In this document: piece after piece, positions 60,201-64,000 of the stretch | Position numbering within the stretch: position 1 is the stretch's first letter | Layout of the letters: each line of letters begins with the position of its first letter | Source: Mytilus trossulus | Taxonomy: Eukaryota | NCBI RefSeq assembly: GCF_036588685.1 | Contig: NC_086381.1 | Span: 3,906,001 to 3,970,000 of the forward strand | Reading direction: 5' to 3' | Length of the DNA: 64,000 nucleotides | Notes under the pieces: model-generated | Seen by the model: the letters and a program-made list of their open reading frames with translations, nothing else | Told to the model about the DNA's origin: nothing | The model's database searches: none | Program-made: the position numbers and the translations under genes

Positions 60201-63200
60201 GCTGTACCAGGCCATGTGGTGACTAGATACTCTCCTGACAACTCTACTGTAAATATACCACTTCCTCCAACAATCTCTGGTGGTGTCTTGTCCATGAAAC
60301 AGGGACCTAAGGTCTGAAATAGAAAGAAACAATTCCTCACTGTCAGACACAGCTGTACCAGGCCATGTGGTGACCAGATAATCCCCTGACAACTCTACTG
60401 TAAATATACCACTACCTCCAACAATCTCTGGTGGTGTCGTGTCCATGAAACAGGGACCTAAGGTCTGAAATAGAAAGAAACAATTCCTCACTGTCAGACA
60501 CAGCTGTACCAGGCCATGTGGTGACCAGATACTCCCCTGACAACTCTACAGTAAATATACCACTACCTCCAACAATCTCTGGGGGTGTAGTGTCCATGAA
60601 ACAGGGACCTAAGGTCTGAAATAGAAAGAAACAATTCTTCACTGTCAGACACAGCTGTACCAGGCCATGTGGTGACCAGATAATCCCCTGACAACTCTAC
60701 TGTAAATATACCACTTCCTCCAACAATCTCTGGTGGTGTCGTGTCCATGAAACACGGACCTAAGGTCTGAAATAGAAAGAAACAATTCTTCACTGTCAGA
60801 CACAGCTGTACCAGGCCATGTGGTGACCAGATACTCCCCTGACAACTGTACTGTAAATATACCACTACCTCCAACAATCTCTGGTGGTGTCGTGTCCATG
60901 AAACAGGGACCTAAGGTCTGAAATAGAAAGAAACAATTGTTCACTGTCAGACACAGCTGTACCAGGCCATGTGGTGACCAGATACTCCCCTGACAACTCT
61001 ACTGTAAATATACCACTACCTCCAACAATATCTGGTGGTGTCGTGTCCATGAAACAGGGACCTAAGGTCTGAAATAGAAAGAAACAATTCTTCACTGTCA
61101 GACACAGCTGTACCAGGCCATGTGGTGACTAGATACTCCCCTGACAACTCTACTGTAAATATACCACTACCTCCAACAATCTCTGGTGGTGTCGTGTCCA
61201 TGAAACAGGGACCTAAGGTCTGAAATAGAAAGAAACAATTCTTCACTGTCAGACACAGCTCCACCAGGCCATGTGGTGACCAGATACTCCCCTGACAACT
61301 CTACTGTAAATATACTACTACCTCCAACAATCTCTGGGGGTGTGGTGTCCATGAAACAGGGACCTAAGGTCTGAAATAGAAAGAAACAATTCTTCACTGT
61401 CAGACACAGCTGTACCAGGCCATGTGGTGACCAGATACTCCCCTGACAACTCTACTGTAAATATACTACTACCTCCAACAATCTCTGGGGGTGTGGTGTC
61501 CATGAAACAGGGACCTAAGGTCTGAAATAGAAAGAAACAATTCTTCACTGTCAGACACAGCTGTACCAGGCCATGTGGTGACTAGATACTCCCCTGACAA
61601 CTCTACTGTAAATATACCACTACCTCCAACAATCTCTGGTGGTGTAGTGTCCATGAAACAGGGACCTAAGGTCTAAAATAGAAAGAAACAATTCTTCACT
61701 GTCAGACACAGCTCCACCAGGCCATGTGGTGACCAGATACTCTCCTGACAACTCTACTGTAAATATACCACTACCTCCAACTATCTCTGGTGGTGTAGTG
61801 TCCATGAAACACGGACCTAAGGTCTAAAATAGAAAGAAACAATTCTTCACTGTCAGACACAGCTCCACCAGGCCATGTGGTGACCAGATAATCTCCTGAC
61901 AACTCTACTGTAAATATACCACTACCTCCAACAATCTCTGGTGGTGTCGTGTCCATGAAATAGGGACCTAAGGTCTGAAATAGAAAGAAACAACTCTTCA
62001 CTGTCAGACACAGCTGTACCAGGCCATGAAGTGACCAGATACTCCCCTGACAACTTTACTGTAAATATACCACTTCCTCCAACAATCTCTGGTGGTGTGG
62101 TGTCCATGAAACAGGGACCTAAGGTCTGAAATAGAAAGAAACAATTCTTCACTGTCAGACACAGCTGTACCAGGCCATGTGGTGACCAGATAATCCCCTG
62201 ACAACTCTACTGTAAATATACCACTTCCTCCAACAATCTCTGGTGGTGTGGTGTCCAAGAAACAGGGACCTAAGGTCTGAAATAGAAAGAAACAATTCTT
62301 CACTGTCAGACACAGCTGTACCAGGCCATGTGGTGACCAGATACTCCCCTGACAACTCTACTATAAATATACCACTTCCTCCAACAATCTCTGGTGGTGT
62401 CGTGTCCATGAAACAGGGACCTAAGGTCTGAAATAGTAAGAAACAATTCTTCACTGTCATACACAGCTGCACCAGGCCATGTGGTGACTAGATAATCCCC
62501 TGACAACTCTACTGTAAATATACCACTACCTCCAACAATCTCTGGTGGTGTCGTGTCCATGAAACAGGGACCTAAGGTCTGAAATAGAAAGAAACAATTC
62601 TTCACTGTCAGACACAGCTCCACCAGGCCATGTGGTGACCAGATACTCTCCTGACAACTCTACTGTAAATATACCACTACCTCCAACAATCTCTGGTGGT
62701 GTAGTGTCCATGAAACAGGGACCTAAGGTCTGAAATAGAAAGAAACAATTCTTCACTGTCAGACACAGCTGTACCAGGCCATGTGGTGACCAGATAATCT
62801 CCTGACAACTGTACTGTAAATATACCACTACCTCCAACAATCTCTGGTGGTGTCGTGTCCATGAAACAGGGACCTAAGGTCTAAAATAGAAAGAAACAAT
62901 TCTTCACTGTCAGACACAGCTCCACCAGGCCATGTGGTGACCAGATACTCTCCTGACAACTCTACTGTAAATATACCACTACCTCCAACTATCTCTGGTG
63001 GTGTCGTGTCCATGAAACAGGGACCTAAGGTCTGAAATAGAAAGAAACAACTCTTCACTGTCAGACACAGCTGTACCAGGCCATGAAGTGACCAGATACT
63101 CCCCTGACAACTTTACTGTAAATATACCACTTCCTCCAACAATCTCTGGTGGTGTGGTGTCCAAGAAACAGGGACCTAAGGTCTGAAATAGTAAGAAACA

Positions 63201-64000
63201 ATTCTTCACTGTCATACACAGCTGCACCAGGCCATGTGGTGACTAGATAATCCCCTGACAACTCTACTGTAAATATACCACTACCTCCAACAATCTCTGG
63301 TGGTGTGGTGTCCATGAAACAGGGACCTAAGGTCTGAAATAGAAAGAAACAATTCTTCACTGTCAGACACAGCTGTACCAGGCCATGTGGTGACCAGATA
63401 ATCTCCTGACAACTGTACTGTAAATATACCACTACCTCCAACAATCTCTGGTGGTGTCGTGTCCATGAAACAGGGACCTAAGGTCTAAAATAGAAAGAAA
63501 CAACTCTTCACTGTCAGACACAGCTGTACCAGGCCATGTGGTGACTAGATAATCTCCTGACAACTCTACTGTAAATATACCACTACCGCCAACAATCTCT
63601 GGTGGTGTCGTGTCCATGAAACAGGGACCTAAGGTCTGAAATAGAAAGAAACAATTCTTCACTGTCAGACACAGCTGTACCAGGCCATGTGGTGACTAGA
63701 TACTCTCCTGACAACTCTACTGTAAATATACCACTTCCTCCAACAATCTCTGGTGGTGTCTTGTCCATGAAACAGGGACCTAAGGTCTGAAATAGAAAGA
63801 AACAATTCCTCACTGTCAGACACAGCTGTACCAGGCCATGTGGTGACCAGATAATCCCCTGACAACTCTACTGTAAATATACCACTACCTCCAACAATCT
63901 CTGGTGGTGTCGTGTCCATGAAACAGGGACCTAAGGTCTGAAATAGAAAGAAACAATTCCTCACTGTCAGACACAGCTGTACCAGGCCATGTGGTGACCA
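54129..64000 (-). repeat. 151-bp tandem array, ~61 copies in window (runs off the end) = acceptor + 5' 140 nt of exon 1
   Basis: 151-bp periodicity in sequence and ORF track; interrupted at 55665-56271. Confidence 0.97.
55665..56271 (+). mobile_element. 607-bp non-autonomous insertion with 6-bp TSD ACAGCT inside the 151-bp array
   Basis: ACAGCT at 55659-55664 and 56272-56277; same family at 1601-1897 (+) and ~20810-21300, 24378-24585, 45330-45515 (-). Confidence 0.85.

Noticed and set aside
54363-63964. ~65 short ORFs as separate genes or one giant repeat protein
   Set aside because: They arise from a 151-bp unit that shifts frame in each copy and stops at ...RDCWR*
54129-64000. Dscam-style array of complete mutually exclusive exons
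   Set aside because: Units lack the last ~22 nt and the authentic donor of the exon and have no real introns between them; only cryptic donors exist

Overview
AT-rich eukaryotic DNA. The repeat families look like those of a bivalve, probably Mytilus; this is an inference. The whole window is the interior of one very large minus-strand gene. I traced 27 GT-AG exons (54264 down to 1072) whose splice phases all join into one open frame of 4702 nt (~1567 aa). The protein is built of repeated fibronectin type-III-like modules with [VI]DxTPP linkers, and both its start and stop lie outside the window. The striking feature is that five large tandem arrays (83, 124, 58, 85 and 151 bp units; ~22 kb in total) and several decayed small ones are each made of a piece of one of this gene's own exons plus its splice site. 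In each large array the functional exon is the edge copy. Differences between array copies fall mostly on third codon positions of the exon frame even though the copies are intronic and frameshifted. Introns also hold Penelope-like RT elements, minimal hammerhead ribozyme motifs, a Helentron-type HINE, a TTAA MITE, a long hairpin element, a split-direct-repeat (Ngaro-like) non-coding element and a decayed LINE. There is no CRISPR and no prokaryotic content.
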